A stretch of 64,000 bases of DNA, from assembly GCA_951406725.2 (NCBI GenBank), contig OX597814.1:38564001-38628000 (forward strand). Direction: 5' to 3'. A model generated the notes under the pieces. It saw only the letters and a list, made by a program, of their open reading frames with translations, searched no databases and was not told the origin of the DNA. Origin of the DNA: Octopus vulgaris. Taxonomy: Eukaryota. Position numbers and translations under genes: made by a program. Position 1 is the first letter of the stretch, and each line of letters starts with the position of its first letter. Positions 44,892 through 60,133 of this stretch are shown here, piece after piece.

Positions 44892-45060
44892 GGCAGGCAG
44901 TGTGCTGGCAGAATGGTTAGCACGTCGAGCAAGATGCATTTCATCCATCCTTTACGTTCTGAGTTGAAATTTCTTCACGGTCACTTTGCCTTTCTTCTGT
45001 TCTGGGTCAATGAAATAATTGCCATTAAAATAATTGCAGGCCTTGCGCCAAAATTTGAAA
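44892..45060 (+). mobile_element. Decayed second tRNA-SINE family
   Basis: A-box-like TGGCAGAATGG and B-box-like GAGTTGAAAT; related to 50540-50705 and 47820-47965 (minus). Confidence 0.55.
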
Positions 45061-47589
45061 CAGGTGCGTATTGTGTTTGTGTTTTAAGTGGTGGCATTAC
45101 AATATAGTCAACGTAGATGATATTATCAGGTGCAAAGTACGATTCGATTCACAATGTTTGTACGCTGATGGTGAAAACCACAATTAACTAAACTATACAA
45201 TCATGTCTACTGATGAATTTCTTAAATCATGACTAATATCATAATAACGCGAATCCATAAAATATCTGTATATATATAATAAAAAAATCATTGTATTGTC
45301 TCATTATAAAACACGTGATATGTATTCCTTGCTAGCGTTACTTTACAAACCTAATATTTGTTCTTCAGCGAATCCTAAGCAAAGTCTATATAAACTTTGA
45401 AAGAATCTTTGAAAATATTTTGTATATCACGTATATGCATTCTGTTATATTACACGCAATGACTACCCAGATCTGTTTGGAGTTTAAAAAGGAATAATGT
45501 TAACAATAAGAATCACTTTCCCCGACATTAATGATTGCAGAATGTGCGATACAAATCGTTGTCGAAACAGATTTTTATTACAGCTCAATTTAATTATGTG
45601 GAAGAAAAAGAAAACTTAGTAATATGTGAAATCCTGTTCACTGACATCGATATTCCTTTCAGGGGAAAGCTTTTACACTCAACTGTATATTCCTCGTAGA
45701 GCTGAATTTCCATACACTATAAGATGGTCATATATTTCAAAAAGCATTTAGTATATTGATCAACACAAAAGCGAACATTGGAAAAAAGAAAACATTGCTT
45801 GGTTTATGGGGATTAAGCTTGCGATACTGGAGACGGTTATATTTTTACCAAAGTTTTAGCAGCCATCATTCCTGAATGTTCATAAATGTACGCTGTGCGT
45901 CCAAATATCGTTATATAATGTACTGCCTGTTTTCAAACGTTTTGTAATAGGAAAGCTGAAATTTAAACTAAAGTTTCATACAGCTTCTGATTCGCTTTAA
46001 ATCGTGATAACATTTGCTAATGCAATACAAATTATGACTACATTATATAGAAATGAACCATTGATATGATAATACTCTTTGAACAATTGTCTCATATACT
46101 AAATAAATTAACCAAATTAATTTATATGTGGCGTAGTGGCGGATGTGTGCGTTTGTATGCATGCGTGTGCATGTGTGTCTATGGAATTGGACAAAATAAA
46201 TATCACGTGGCTCGTGTTTATGCATAGAATTCGATTATACTCACCATGTTTAGACTGCATTTATTAGAACTATAAAGGCTAATATTCAAAAAAGTATGTA
46301 AATATTATCTGGTTAAAACTTTATATGAATGTTTATATAAGCTTCATTCAGATTTTAATCTACATCAGACAGAAGTCTATTCTATTGTGAATTCGAAAAC
46401 ATAGTAAGTACATTATAGTCTACGATTTGAGATAAATAATTAATCAATATTCAAGCAAAATAACAATAACGTATCAACTTCTTTGAATATATATGACGAA
46501 AATCTACATTATATATAATTTACTAAGTTAATAACCGCCATTACTATAAAGAAAAACATTGTCCTCACATTACAGCCGACAACGTTTTAAAGTACTTAAT
46601 AAATAATTAAATATTATCGAAAATGTATACAATAAAATTATATCTAAGATATATATATCATCATATTGTGTATTTAATATTTTTTCAAATCCATTTCTTA
46701 AAGTTTCTGCTCTATTATATGCAAGAAATTGGCTTCTCTATTACACAATTTAGATTCTGAGGTAACTCTGTAAAAAGTGTGATCGATCTTTATATAACTT
46801 TGTTTCTTAAGCGCGATGTATTAAGTGTGATAGTCCCTTTATTCCTAGGTGAGTAAATATTGACTAAATAATCTTCCTCTCGTTATGATGAGATTGTTTA
46901 GGAACCATAAAATTAAGATAACTTATTTTATTTTCTTGGACCGAGCAAAATTGATTGCACAGTTCGACATAAATTTCAGTAGTAAAGTATCATATGATAA
47001 CAGTATATAAGCTAATTAGTTGAAATATATAAATTTGACCGCTTATGATATTGGTGAGAATATTAATACAATGACACATCGACACCTCATTCACTTCTCA
47101 CTTCAATTAACACTTGTGGTATCTTCAATATACGTGCGTTCGGTTTCAGATAATTTTGTTTCTGATAGATTGTCAAGTTTAGCTAATGTATATATATATA
47201 TTAGAAAAGAGCAATAATTGTATGAAAACAATTAATTTTGTAAGAATATGTATAGATATTCAAAATTGCTCGTAAGTGTAACACTTCAAATTATATATAT
47301 ATTAACGGCTATCTATAAATATTTGAGTGTGTGCTTCAGTGTGTATATATTTATATAAGCAACACTGAGGTACCTGTAGGATTTAGATTTTGTTGATATG
47401 TAAAATTTCTAAACAATACATTAGTAAGTTTGTGCATGTTTCAGAATAACATACTATGCGTATATGAATATATCATCGTCACACATTTTCTCATTCATTG
47501 TCCGATTATACATGCGTGCGCGCTGACACGCGCACGCGCACATGCATATACGTGTGTATGTATTTGCATGTGTGTATCTTTACAAACAT

Positions 47590-47631
<42 letters not shown>

Positions 47632-47989
47632 ATAATGATATTAATAATAATAATAATAATTTAGGGTATCTAAGAGATACCTCAACGCTGGAAATAGGAG
47701 CCGAAACGTGACCCTAAATTTTCATTTGGCACCAGGAGAGACGACAAAAGGACAAGATGAACTACCAAAAAATTACTGGATAATTCTAGATCCCGGATTT
47801 CTGGCTTTGCATAAGAAATGCTTTTCCTTTGATTATGATTTCAAATTTTAGCACAAGGCCAGCAATGTCGGAGGAGGGGATAAGTCAGTTATTTCGACCC
47901 CAGTGCTCAAGTGGTACTTATTTTATCGATTCCGAAATGATGTAAAGAAAAGTTAATCCTGGCTTATTTTAATAAGAATTATGATAATA

Positions 47990-49400
47990 TACTTCAGTAG
48001 CCACAGAGGCATATATAACGGGGACATTAAGAGGACAGAAAACATCTTGTGTTTTGATTCACATAAAAGACAGAAGTAAGGAATGGAAAAGATGGTAAAA
48101 TGCTGTAAAATTATGCATACTATACAAAGTGTCTGATATCATGAATAATGTAATCCTCCTGATACAGGAGAAACCCTGCTGGAGCCGATAAAGGATTACG
48201 CGAACAATTAAACGCACGAACCCTATCACTCATGCTCTCCATTCTACAGGTGCATACTTAAAAAAAGGGCCATTTGCCCTAACCATTTTAACGACAGCCA
48301 CCAATATTTTCACAAATTCCCTGGAAGTTAGCACTTCACTATTCCTAAGAAGAAACTCTAAAACGCCGATGCGATATTGACCGAAGGGAAATGTGTCTTT
48401 GTGCAATCCTTTCCTCCTCGCCCACTAGGCAAATTTATTCCGCCATAGCCACAAGACAGAGGAACACTGCCAAATCTGACTTGTTAAAGGTTGGTGCTAG
48501 AGCAATCGTCGTGATGGATACGGTTGATAATCGGATCCGTCCCACACACGCAGTATCAGATTTTTAAGTTAAATCCACGCACCAGCAATAGCAGGGTTAT
48601 GGGTCGTAAATTATCAAAAATATCCCCTGTACTGGTGTCCTTTGTGAGCAAGATTAACGCACCTTGGCCCACATACATAAGAATACTCCTGTTTTGCTCC
48701 TGAAGAGGATACAAGTTTGCGATGAGTTCACCAAAAAACTCTGGCTTATAATCATAACACTCATGGACAAACCAACCAAACCCGGCGATTTGTACCTTGT
48801 GCAACCACATGGTACTTCTCATATTTCAGTTGCTATTATTGGCATTTAGTATTGCGTAGACCTGTCTTCCGAGAATTTTAGAATGCCTTCGAGATAGATG
48901 CAAATATCTGTAATTCTCTATGGTTTAGGACATTCTCTGGAATGTTGAGCAATGTGCTGCTGAAATGCTGCACACATTGTAGATTTGTTGCCAGATCATA
49001 CCTCCACTACCGGAACCAGCAATCGGCTTTCTTTCTTTCTTGATTTTATTGCTCGAGCTCTAGACCTAACAACGTCAATTTTAACCGTTAGCCTGCTGAT
49101 TGCTATGCCACTTCTAATTGCCTCTCCCAATTGTTCATCTAAATAATTTCTCTCTATTACCTGCTCTCTTCGAAATGATGTTGGATCATAATCATTTTCC
49201 CTTCTCACAATTTTCCACCACCTCCTAGTAACATGTCGTTTCTTTTTGTGCAGGAAAAAACGCATTCAAAGTTCAGTAAACGGGATTTTGTCTAATAGAC
49301 TTATATAAGGCAACAGTGAATGTAACAATTTTTTTTATCTGTTTAGCCAACTAGATTGGATTGTGGACACCCCAACTGATTCTTGTGCGTTATCCTAACG
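47990..49400 (-). mobile_element. Highly decayed L1/Tx1-like LINE fragment
   Basis: Minus-strand GALILLTKD..FDNLRPITLL..KI (RT N-terminal region); boundaries approximate. Confidence 0.55.
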
Positions 49401-49432
49401 AAGTCATTGACGACAATAACAACAACAGCAAC

Positions 49433-49968
49433 AATACTTGAAGAAGTACAAGGTGGTGGCTCCCATGGCTTATCATCTTAACTGATTTGAAATGTTATCA
49501 TTTACATCGCCTTGGTATAAAAAATGGACTACAGCAAATACTGTGCTCATTACCACAATTTGTCAGTTGTTTGAACTGAAATAGTTCAGCATGTCCCTTA
49601 GTGACTGACGATATATGCATCTCTGATCACGAGCAGAAGTAGTGGGGGAATATCATAGCCATGTGTTGAGCGGAATTCTTTGAGGTTTGGATACTTCACC
49701 TCTGGAAACATGGGTGTTTCGTTCTGCATCCTTAAAAAGTTTTTATTCAGGCATCATTTGAGCGCGAAGGGCGACTCGACATAAAGAAAATTCTAACTGG
49801 GCTCCTCCTGCAATCCCATGCGCTGGGAATCTTGATATGAGATCGCCATGTCACACACATACAGTTGTGATCCGTGTACCCGTTGTACCTTTATCAGGCG
49901 GGTAGTTATGATGAGTATACTAGGCTTTGTAAATGTTACCCGAGTGTCACTTTGATGCTCTCTTAATC
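49433..49968 (+). repeat. ~550-bp TAA-associated repeat
   Basis: Homology to other copies; (AAC)n upstream and (AAT)n downstream. Confidence 0.8.
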
Positions 49969-49978
49969 AATAATAATA

Positions 49979-50009
<31 letters not shown>

Positions 50010-50539
50010 GATAATTATTGCTGTTCTTGTTATATTATAGGATTTTTCCATAAAAAATAATTGATTATAATATTGAAGCAAAGAGACTCGCTGTAACCAT
50101 AGAGTATAAACGTGCCAGATCTTAGAATCTGCAATAGAGTGGATGACAAAGATATTGAGAAAATTGAGAAATATCGGAACCAAGCCAGAAAGAAGAAAAG
50201 ATTATGGAAAACGAAGGTGAGAATTGTTCATCCGGTAATTTGTTCAATTGGCACGACATTCAATCTGGTACCTAAGAGTCGGGACGATACTGGAATTTAG
50301 ACACTTGTTGTGCTTCCAAACAGTGCTATCCTGTACTATACAAAAAAACCTAACTATGATTTTTTTTTTAGCTTTGAAGAACTTTATTATTAAATTTAAT
50401 TATAACACATTTGCTAATTAAATCAGGATGTCATAGCTTCTGAATAAAAAGAAATATCTACTTAAGTTTCATAAATTTCTAAAACCATTTCATTTTGCTA
50501 TAAACTATTGGTTTCACGCCTTGACCCAAAGCCAGTACC

Positions 50540-50705
50540 TTCAGGAGAGGGAACAACTGGTGTCGCTGTACTTATTTTATCGAGCAGGAAATATGAACGG
50601 CGAAGTCGACCTCGGCAGAATTTGAACACAGAACCTAAAACCGGTCGATATGCTGCTATGTATTTTGCCTGGAGTGCTAACGATTCTGCCTGTTCGCCAC
50701 CTTAC
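50540..50705 (-). mobile_element. Second tRNA-SINE family copy
   Basis: Minus strand AGGCAGAATCGTTAGC..GTTCAAATTC..GGTCGACTTCGCC..CGATAAAATAAGTAC. Confidence 0.6.
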
Positions 50706-51261
50706 TTTACTACAAAATATTAAATTCTTTGCTACTTTATATATATACTTTTTTCTATTAGATTGTATAAAATAGTGCATTGTCTCCTAAAATGTATTTC
50801 ATTCATTAAAATGTATTTACCGTCAATAACAGTCTTCCAGCATTATTATTGTTAATTTTAAACAGGTTCTGGGAATTGTCAATTACTTACCAACTTCACT
50901 TTTTATACCAAGTCTACAATCAATAAAACATTTATCATCGCTGTTATCATTTGTAGTTTAACGATTGTTATCACTCCGTACATTGCCATTGTCATGCCTC
51001 CAAGCTTCAACATGCAAAATAGGTTATATAATTCTTTTGTTAATTCCCTTCAGAATCCAAAAACGAAAGAATGATAGAGATTTCGATAAAATAATTCATT
51101 ACATTTGTTCTGGTTTTTACATTCTGAGAAATATATTCCGCAAAGGTGAAATTTACTTTCATTTTACGGAGGTGACAACATGATGCACACACCAAGAAGA
51201 ATGGTCACTGAGTAACTTCCGGCACTAAACTGGAAGCCATTATATGGTCATTATTATTCTT

Positions 51262-51773
51262 GAGTGAGTGAGAGAGTAGCACATGACATCAAAGTTGTAT
51301 TGCGGTACCAAAGCCCAGTATGCACATCATGATAACCAATCAGATAAGGTTTCACCAGGCACACATATCACAAAGATATGCGTGTCACATGAAGATTTCA
51401 CATCATGCTGAACAGCGCATGAACTTGCAAGTGGGGCCCAGTCAGAATTTTTTCAGGTTCACTACACAATCCTGCTCAAAAGATTCCTGAATAAGGTTTG
51501 TTTAAGGATGGTGAACGAAACATCCATGTTTACAGGAGTGAATTATCCAAAGCCCAAATTATACCTCTCAGCCCGTGTCCAAGTTGCTCTTCTACCTCTC
51601 CTGCTTGTGATCTGGGGCTCACATATTGACAACCATCAAGAGATATGGCATTGAGCAGAATATTTGATGTAGCACGACTTTAGCACAAAGACAAAGAATG
51701 TAATTGAAGATACTTCCAATAAGTTAAGATGAGAAGCCATGAGAGCCACTGGCTGGTACTTGATTAGGGCATT
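51262..51773 (-). repeat. ~550-bp TAA-associated repeat (older copy)
   Basis: Tandem with the next copy, separated by (ATT)n. Confidence 0.8.
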
Positions 51774-51795
51774 TATTATTATTATTATTATTATT

Positions 51796-52347
51796 GAGTG
51801 AGAGAGCAGTGCATGTCATCGAAGTGACACTGGGGTAAAATATACGAAGCCCAGTGTAACCATCATGACTACCTCTCTGATAAGGGTACACCAGGCACAT
51901 GCATCACAAACATATGTGCGCGACATGGTGATCTCATATCAAGATAACAGCACATGATCTCACAGGTGGGGCCCAGGTAAATTTTCTTGTGGTCGAGTAA
52001 ACCATCCCGCTCAAAAAATCCCCGAATAAGGATTGTTTAAGGATGTTGAACGAACCACCCTTGTTTCCAAAGGTGAATTATCCAAACCTCTAAGAATTCC
52101 TTTCAACACACGGCTATGATGTTCCCCCACTACTTCTGCTTGTGATCACAGATGCACATATCGTCAGCCACTAAGGAACATGCTCAACTGGCTAAGGTCA
52201 AACAACTGACAAGCAAATCTGTGGTACTGAGCAGAATATTTGCTTTAGCCCATCTTTTATACCAAGACAAATCAATGTACAATATAACACTTCCAATCAG
52301 TTAAGATCAGAAGCCTTGAAAGCCACTGCCTGTTACTGCATCACGGC

Positions 52348-52350
<3 letters not shown>
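51796..52350 (-). repeat. ~550-bp TAA-associated repeat (full-length)
   Basis: (ATT)n on both sides; minus strand starts AATGCC and ends GCTCTCTCACTC. Confidence 0.85.
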
Positions 52351-52416
<66 letters not shown>

Positions 52417-54666
52417 CATTATTATTAATATTATCATCATCATTATTGTAGCATTGTTACGCCTGAACTGTTACAACTCGCACCCAGAACCTGAAATAAC
52501 AGCTATATGAACATTTACTATGTCTTTTATTTGTGATTAGCTATGATATGTTGTTCGGGAAAGGGATCAGAATATAAGAATTAAGATTCTGTTAAATTTG
52601 TGATATTCCATGATTTAAAGAGCTTAAAGAGAATCGTGCATTTTCAGATGGACGATGTAATTCTTAGCATATGGGCAGCAACAATGAGAACAATTGTTTC
52701 AGGTTTCCTGGCATTTGTCTAAACACATATAGAGTTAATACTCTTAGGAACCACAATTTTTGAGAACTCTATTACATGGATATTATACGTCCTAACTTTC
52801 TCAGATATTTTACAGAAGTGTTGTAGTCTTCTCGGTTTCACATGTCTATGAGCAAACATGTTTCGTCAAATTTGATATTTATTCCAGTATATAGTTTATT
52901 GGCCTAAATAACACGATGAATTTGAAAACTAACGTCATAAGAAACAATGATATCTTTAGTTACTACTATCATGATAAGCTTATATTTCCACCAGTTCTTA
53001 TATCGGATTCCAGACTTACGGTATACAAGAGAGTACAAATACAGTCCAAAGTTATGGTGGTTAATATACACATCTCATGCAAGGATAAAGCATCCGAAGA
53101 TGAAGTGGTAATTTTTTCTCTGTCTGGCCCATTATACAGGCAGTCAGGATTAGTACAATTTCAACAATGCTTACTTGGTAGTTTCTAGTTGGCAAACGTT
53201 GGTCGTTAGCTGCATTAATGAAGCGCCCTGTTTCTAATTTACATTGAGGTGCAGCTTCTCATTGATGGTCAATATTTGTAGCTGTACACGGAGCATTTAA
53301 AACGTTACCCAAATGTGTCTTCAACAATAAAGAATTTTAACCATGAAAATTATGGTTTATAATGCTCTTGCCATTTCTAACTTGTTAGGTCTTCGAAGGC
53401 TGTGACTCTATACAGTAGCGATCTCCAAAACTTAGAAATATTTCACCAACAAAACTTCCTTCAATTTTGACCATTAAATGGGTGCATTATGCGACCAACA
53501 CAAAGTCATGGAAAGAGACAAATGATAATGTGTCAAATTGCTGATAATGTCATAAATGTCTTCCATGGTCAGGATATCTAGCAATAATTTTATTCAGTGA
53601 GCTTACCTCAGGTAAAATATCACGAAGTTACCTATGGTACAAGCACTAACACTGCGAGCCACTGGTGTTCAGCCTAAATCGTTTGAAACACAAGTCCGAT
53701 GCCGTTCCAGGTGCCAGAGTTCCGTCGGTGTTCATTGGACCCAGAAGCGTCGAAAGCACTAGAAGAGAAAAGAAATAAGTCAAAGTACAGGAGAGAAAGT
53801 CAAGGGAAAATCAACCTCATCCTCCACATACATTACCTTGCAGGCAATGCCATCGACTCATCCATGCAAAAATTGGTCTACAGCGTCATCAATGACATCA
53901 CCATTAAGGAAGCGTTGAGCGAGAACGAAAATAATACTCGGAAACGAGATAAAGTCGACGACAAAAATGTTTATACGTACTTCTTTGCTTTTTCTAATAT
54001 TTAGTACATTTTGTGGGGAACTTTCATGTTTGGAGACAAGCCTATGCATTGAGTCATTATTGCTCTTTAGATACGCGTCTACCTCTTTAAAATGCTGTCT
54101 TTAGAAACAGTAGCTGCTGCATTAGTCAACGCCTTTCATCCTTCCGTGAGATACGCAGTCTGTCTATATCTGCCTTTGAGTGATGTATACGGTGTCTGGT
54201 GAGGAGCATGCTTAGTTGTATATCTATTTCACTGATCCCACATAAACAAGTATAGCCAAGGTTGTGAGTGCATTAATCCTGATACCTTCATTAAATTAGC
54301 TCTTTAGATTATTTCTAAACCTATGATAGCAATTTTTCTCTTTTTTTTCCTTTGGCACATTGGTGAGTTCTAGATGACTCGCGTTATAATTACTTACTTG
54401 ATGCTGGTAAAATTACCTGTCTGAATACTGCGCTTTTTCCAGTCCTCTTTCAATAATTTAACCTTAGCAGACATGTCTGCGCATATAGTCAATTTGTTTG
54501 CTATAATACTGCGTTCATCTTCCATTTCTAGCAGATTCTACGTTTGCTATAGTAGAAAATATTATTATTATTATTATTGGTGTTGATGTTATCGCGATTA
54601 CTACTGCATTTATCATCTTTTTTCATCATCCACATCAACATACACATCATAATCATCATAATCAAT

Positions 54667-54747
<81 letters not shown>

Positions 54748-54795
54748 TTCGTCGTCGTCGTCATTATCATCACCATCATCATAATCATTATCATT

Positions 54796-55289
54796 GACTG
54801 AGAGAGCCGTGCATGACATCAAACTGACACTGGGGTAAAATATAAGATGCCCAGTAGAGACATCATGGCTACCCATTTGATAAAGGTACATCAGGAGCAT
54901 GCATCACAAACATATGTATGCGACATGGTAAGCTCATACCAAGATAAACTGCGAATGATCTTGCAGGTTGGACCCAGTTAGTATTTGTTTCATGTCGAGT
55001 AGCCCATCCCACTCAAATGGTCCTGAAGAAGGGTTGTTTAAGTATGTTGAACGTAACACCATTATTCAAGAAGTGAATTATTCAATCCCCAAAGAATTTA
55101 TCTCAATGAATGGCTATGATGCTCCCACCTACTTCTGCTCGTGATCAGAGATGCATATATCGCCAGACATTAAATGATAGGCTCAACTAGTTAAAGTCAA
55201 ACTACTGACATGCAAATCTGAGTAACTGAGCAGAATATTGGCAGTTGCCCATCTTTTATACCATGACAAAACATCTTCATGATAACATA
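54796..55289 (-). repeat. ~550-bp TAA-associated repeat
   Basis: Homology to other copies; abuts the (ATT/ATC)n tract at ~54560-54795. Confidence 0.8.
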
Positions 55290-55825
55290 ATTATTATCAT
55301 TCATTTGGTTCTTTATTTTATTTTCCAGTAAATATATAATCTCCTATGATTGTAGATATGATTTAAGTTCACAATGTATTTTTGTTATTTTAACCTCATC
55401 CAACATGCTTTGTCGATATATTTTATATTTTCAATATTATTTCCTTTATAACTCATCCATGTTTACAATATTTGTATCAGCATACAAATCTATGTATCAC
55501 ATGATTATTTACGTATTTATATCTCCTTCAATCGCTCTTGATTTTACTTTCTCTTCTTTACTTGATCGTCTCTTATACTAACTTTAATATTTCCTTTTCC
55601 TACTACAAATTTGAGCACTTCAAATCTTTTCTATTCTTTCTACATCTTCTTTCCCTTATCTCTCCTTATTATTATTGTACTACTTATATAGACCTTTCAT
55701 CTTCCAACACCACCATATAGACATACAATTTTTGTCCTCTAACAAAGCTAATATAAATGAGCTGAATCCATATTATCCAAAATATGACTAAGCTTTAACA
55801 AATGCGATCTTTTTGCAGGAATACG

Positions 55826-55875
<50 letters not shown>

Positions 55876-57057
55876 CGTGTGTGTGAGTGTGCGTGCACGT
55901 AAGCATTCAGTTTGAGATTGGATGATCCTCTCGCTAGTCGGGTGTACCTGCTATATATATTTAATTCTCTTCTGTGATATATATCCCACCATTATTGTTT
56001 TACAGCAATTTCAACCGTGCTATGCGTCTTCTACATTAATACATCCTTGACACACACATCAAGAAAATCAATGTGTTGCAATAAAATCGCACATTAGCTT
56101 TTAGATTATCTATAAGACTATCATATTTGAAATATATTGTACAAGAATCAGCAGAGTGATCTATGTTTCCATTGATTGATTGCATTTTACGTACTTGTGA
56201 AATATATTTCAATGAAATATAATTTAGTATGACGAGCTACATAGGAAATTTATATATGTCTATTAAATTAGGAAGCTTAGCGTATAAATGAGAAACGGCA
56301 AGCATTTTAACACATGCTAACACTACTAATTCTTCATTTAATTGTTTTATGTACCATGCATATCAAATATCAGTTTCGAAATGCCTTATTTTGTATTTGA
56401 GAAATGTTTGGCTAACTACATCCTCTAACAGAATTATCGTTATCTTTCAAAAGTAATTTACTCTTTCATGTCTTATTTATTCACTGAAATTCGTCTATGC
56501 TGAAGCACCACTTTGTTAGATTAGTCGAAGAAATAGATCCAAGCAACTATATCCATGTACGGTAATTTATCGGTTTTCTTGCCGGCAATCTAAGTTTTGC
56601 GGCATTAAGAAACAAACGCAGGTTATCAAGAGGCGCAATGGAATACACACAAACGTAGAGACGTTCATAATGATATATTTACACATATATTTATAGATAC
56701 ACACACATGTATCTATGCATATATATGAATATGTGTGTGCATATGTGTGTATGCGTGCAAACGTATATGATGGACTCTATTGCTGTACACGAAGCATGAG
56801 GGTGAGAGAATGTTACACCTTTCCACATTTTCTTTTCTTTTTCCAAGGTAATTCTGATAAAAATTGGAGTACGCAAATCCATCGCGCAGCCCAAACATTG
56901 CCTTATTTAACGTGGTAATACCTTGTGTAGCACCATTCATTCCTTTTGCTACAACTGAAAGAGATGTTAGTGTAAGTACGTCTCAGCGCTTAAGAAGAGC
57001 AGTGCTCAATCGAATGGCAGTTGAACTTTGAGTTCCTCCACACATCCACAGGTCTAG

Positions 57058-57213
<156 letters not shown>

Positions 57214-57230
57214 TGTCTATAGTCTATATA

Positions 57231-57390
57231 CACGTAGGAGTGACTGTGTAGTACGTAGCTTGCTTACGAACCACATCGTTCTGGGCCCAGTCCCACTGCA
57301 TGGCACCTTGTGCAAGTGTCTTCTACTATAGCTTCCGGCCGACCAAACCCTTGTGAGTAGATTTGGTAGACGGAAACTGAAAGAAGCCCG

Positions 57391-57393
<3 letters not shown>
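57231..57393 (+). mobile_element. tRNA-derived SINE head
   Basis: Homologous to 31611-31775. Confidence 0.82.
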
Positions 57394-57482
<89 letters not shown>

Positions 57483-57500
57483 CATACATACATATATATA

Positions 57501-57570
57501 CACCAGGTGGTGCTATTAAGTTAGACATGGCCTGGGCCAATAATGGCCGAAACCTATCAAAGTATCAAAG
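57501..57570 (+). mobile_element. Solo 70-bp 3' end of LINE B in a TA tract
   Basis: Reads identical to 13909-13978, including (TATCAAAG)2. Confidence 0.92.
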
Positions 57571-59095
57571 TATATATATATATATATACATACATATATA
57601 CATATGGATATGAAGTATACCACGGGGGTTTTCACAGTTTCTGTCTACCGTATTTGATGCTAAACAAATATTGTGATCAATAGTTAAATTGACCATTGCT
57701 TACTGACGTACTGACTGGAAATATTATAGTTCTTAAATGTTGGGTAATTGGGCCATGAAGCATTGAATTTGCTTCCTATCTACCCAATGTTGCTCAAGTA
57801 TATGGATATTAAATCTCTTAGAGACAAATATTTCTAGGCAACTTTTTATGTAAAATATTTAAATGCAGCAATTCTTGAATTTGTACAGAGGTATATGATT
57901 AGTAGCAGTGAAAAGGTTGAAATATTTGTTTTATACAATTTATGTGTATGTTCAACACATAGCGTCAGGACATCTTTCTGAAACAGGCACATCTATAATT
58001 TAGAATCACAAAGAGGATTATCGAAATGATTTTGGAGGATGTATCCTAATCTTAATCTACCTGTGACAAGAAATTTCACCCATGAGTTTGTGTGAGTGGG
58101 GAACTAAATATATTGTTTCCAAAAAAAGTCAATTAAATATATACTAACTAAATTTGTCACGCTATCACTTTCTTGATATCTTCGTCAATGTGCATTAGAA
58201 TATACTTCATTTTATATTTCTATTCCCGTGGCTCCTCATCAGAAATTGTAAAAATTAAAGTAGTTATTTCTTGTTTCGTTAACGTAGTTTCGAGAGAAAA
58301 AACACTACATTTTTAATATGTTTTCTAATCTGCTAAGGTAAAATTAATTACAAAGCCAATATTATTTTCATTAACTTCGTCCCGGAAACACATTTCTTTT
58401 AACTAGAAATTAAATGAAGGCAAATTAATTTTGTATTTAATAGAAATACCTTCAATAAATATACAGACAAATTGATTTCTGTTGCAGTTTTGTATGCCAC
58501 GAACTAATATTGACATACATCACGACATTATGAAAGCTTATGGTCTGCTAACCATATATTGAAAAATTATATGTTGATACATACTTTTGGTTCGTGTTAT
58601 TTGTTTATTGGGTTTGTTAGAGGCTCTCATATAAAACAATACTCATCACAAACTTCGACCACTTCTTCAAAATTACATTGCTATATTCAATATGATCAAT
58701 ACATATTGTATTATATAACATATCTGGCAGATAATTGAATACACTTAACCATGTCGCATTAATAATCATGCAAGCTTATTGTGAAATATTTACTAAATAA
58801 ATGTTTGATGCATCCCAGGAGACCTTAAATTATGAAAAGGAATAATTATAGTTTAAAGGAAATTAAGACGCTTTCTGATAACTAATAATAAAAATATATC
58901 TTCAGATGCTACTTCAAGAGAAGCTGAAAGTACTGGCAGGATAACATTTTCTGCAGTCTACGGCGGTTTATATTGTCACAATTTCAGAGTTAGGATTTAA
59001 AATTAAAGAAACGTTTTGTTGAAAACATTATTAAGTCAAAGAAAAGCAAAAAAAAAACCTGAAAAATAACATAAAAACAAACTATGGACGATTGC

Positions 59096-59410
59096 TACTT
59101 GTTTCACTCATTTGACTGCGGCCATGCTGGAGTACCACCGGTGCTCGTACCAATCGACCCAAGATCTTATTCCAACAGTCTCTTTTACAAAACCGCTACG
59201 TTACAGAAACGTAATCGGTTGTCAGGCGATAGAGCAATGGTGGGGGTGACAAACGCAAACACAGAAATACATATATATATATATATTCGACGGGCTGCTT
59301 TCTGTTTCCAATTTGGTCGGTTAAAGGCTACAGTAGAAGACACTCACCCAAGGTTCCATGCAGTGGGCCTGAACCTGGAACCATGTGGTTGGGAAGCACG
59401 CTTCTTACTA
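59096..59410 (-). mobile_element. Decayed tRNA-SINE (tail plus partial head)
   Basis: Minus-strand tail GGTGGTACTCCAGCATGGCCGCAGTCAAATGAGTGAAACAAGTA; head remnant at ~59288-59410. Confidence 0.75.
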
Positions 59411-60072
59411 AGTAAGAGATGAACGCTGGGGTCTATGAAATTGACAAAGCCCTACACACAAAATTGCCGGACTTGTGCCAAAATCTGAGATCAACGAAGC
59501 TCAGATGTTAAGGAAATGGACGCAAGTATAGATGAGGTCTCATCTTGCGAGTTGATTTCACAATTTCAATCGCAATTAAAATGGAAGGAGATATTATGAA
59601 CAAAGGTTTCGAATCATACAGCCTAGATGTTCAGATTATTTATTCGCATTTGTATTTCTTGATGCACTTGATTATAAATGTGTTGCAAAAAGTTCCAATT
59701 TTCAAGCTATACAGATATACAGATACAATCTAACATGATTTCCAGTGATTAAATAACATGTATGTAGTTCGAAAATCTGCAAACCTTTTCATTTTCGCAT
59801 GTTCTTATTGTTAAGGTCACAATTCCTGTGAGTGAAGTTTGTTTGTTACTCATCAATCTCGGTTTCTATAGTTCAGACAAAAAAATATTTCTACAGAAAG
59901 TTAATCCTGTTTCGGTTTCAATCTCATCAGCTTCCCAAAATCTAGCATTCACAAATACTTTTATATGTTTTTTCTTGAGCAACAATTCTTCATACGAGCA
60001 AACACAGACATATACCCATATACATAAGAAATTTATTGCACACAAACATATAGTAATATATCAATACATACA

Positions 60073-60133
<61 letters not shown>

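Noticed and set aside
49600-49645. CTGACGA motif within the ~550-bp TAA-associated repeat
   Set aside because: No GAAA box following a closed stem II and no stem I, so not a hammerhead.
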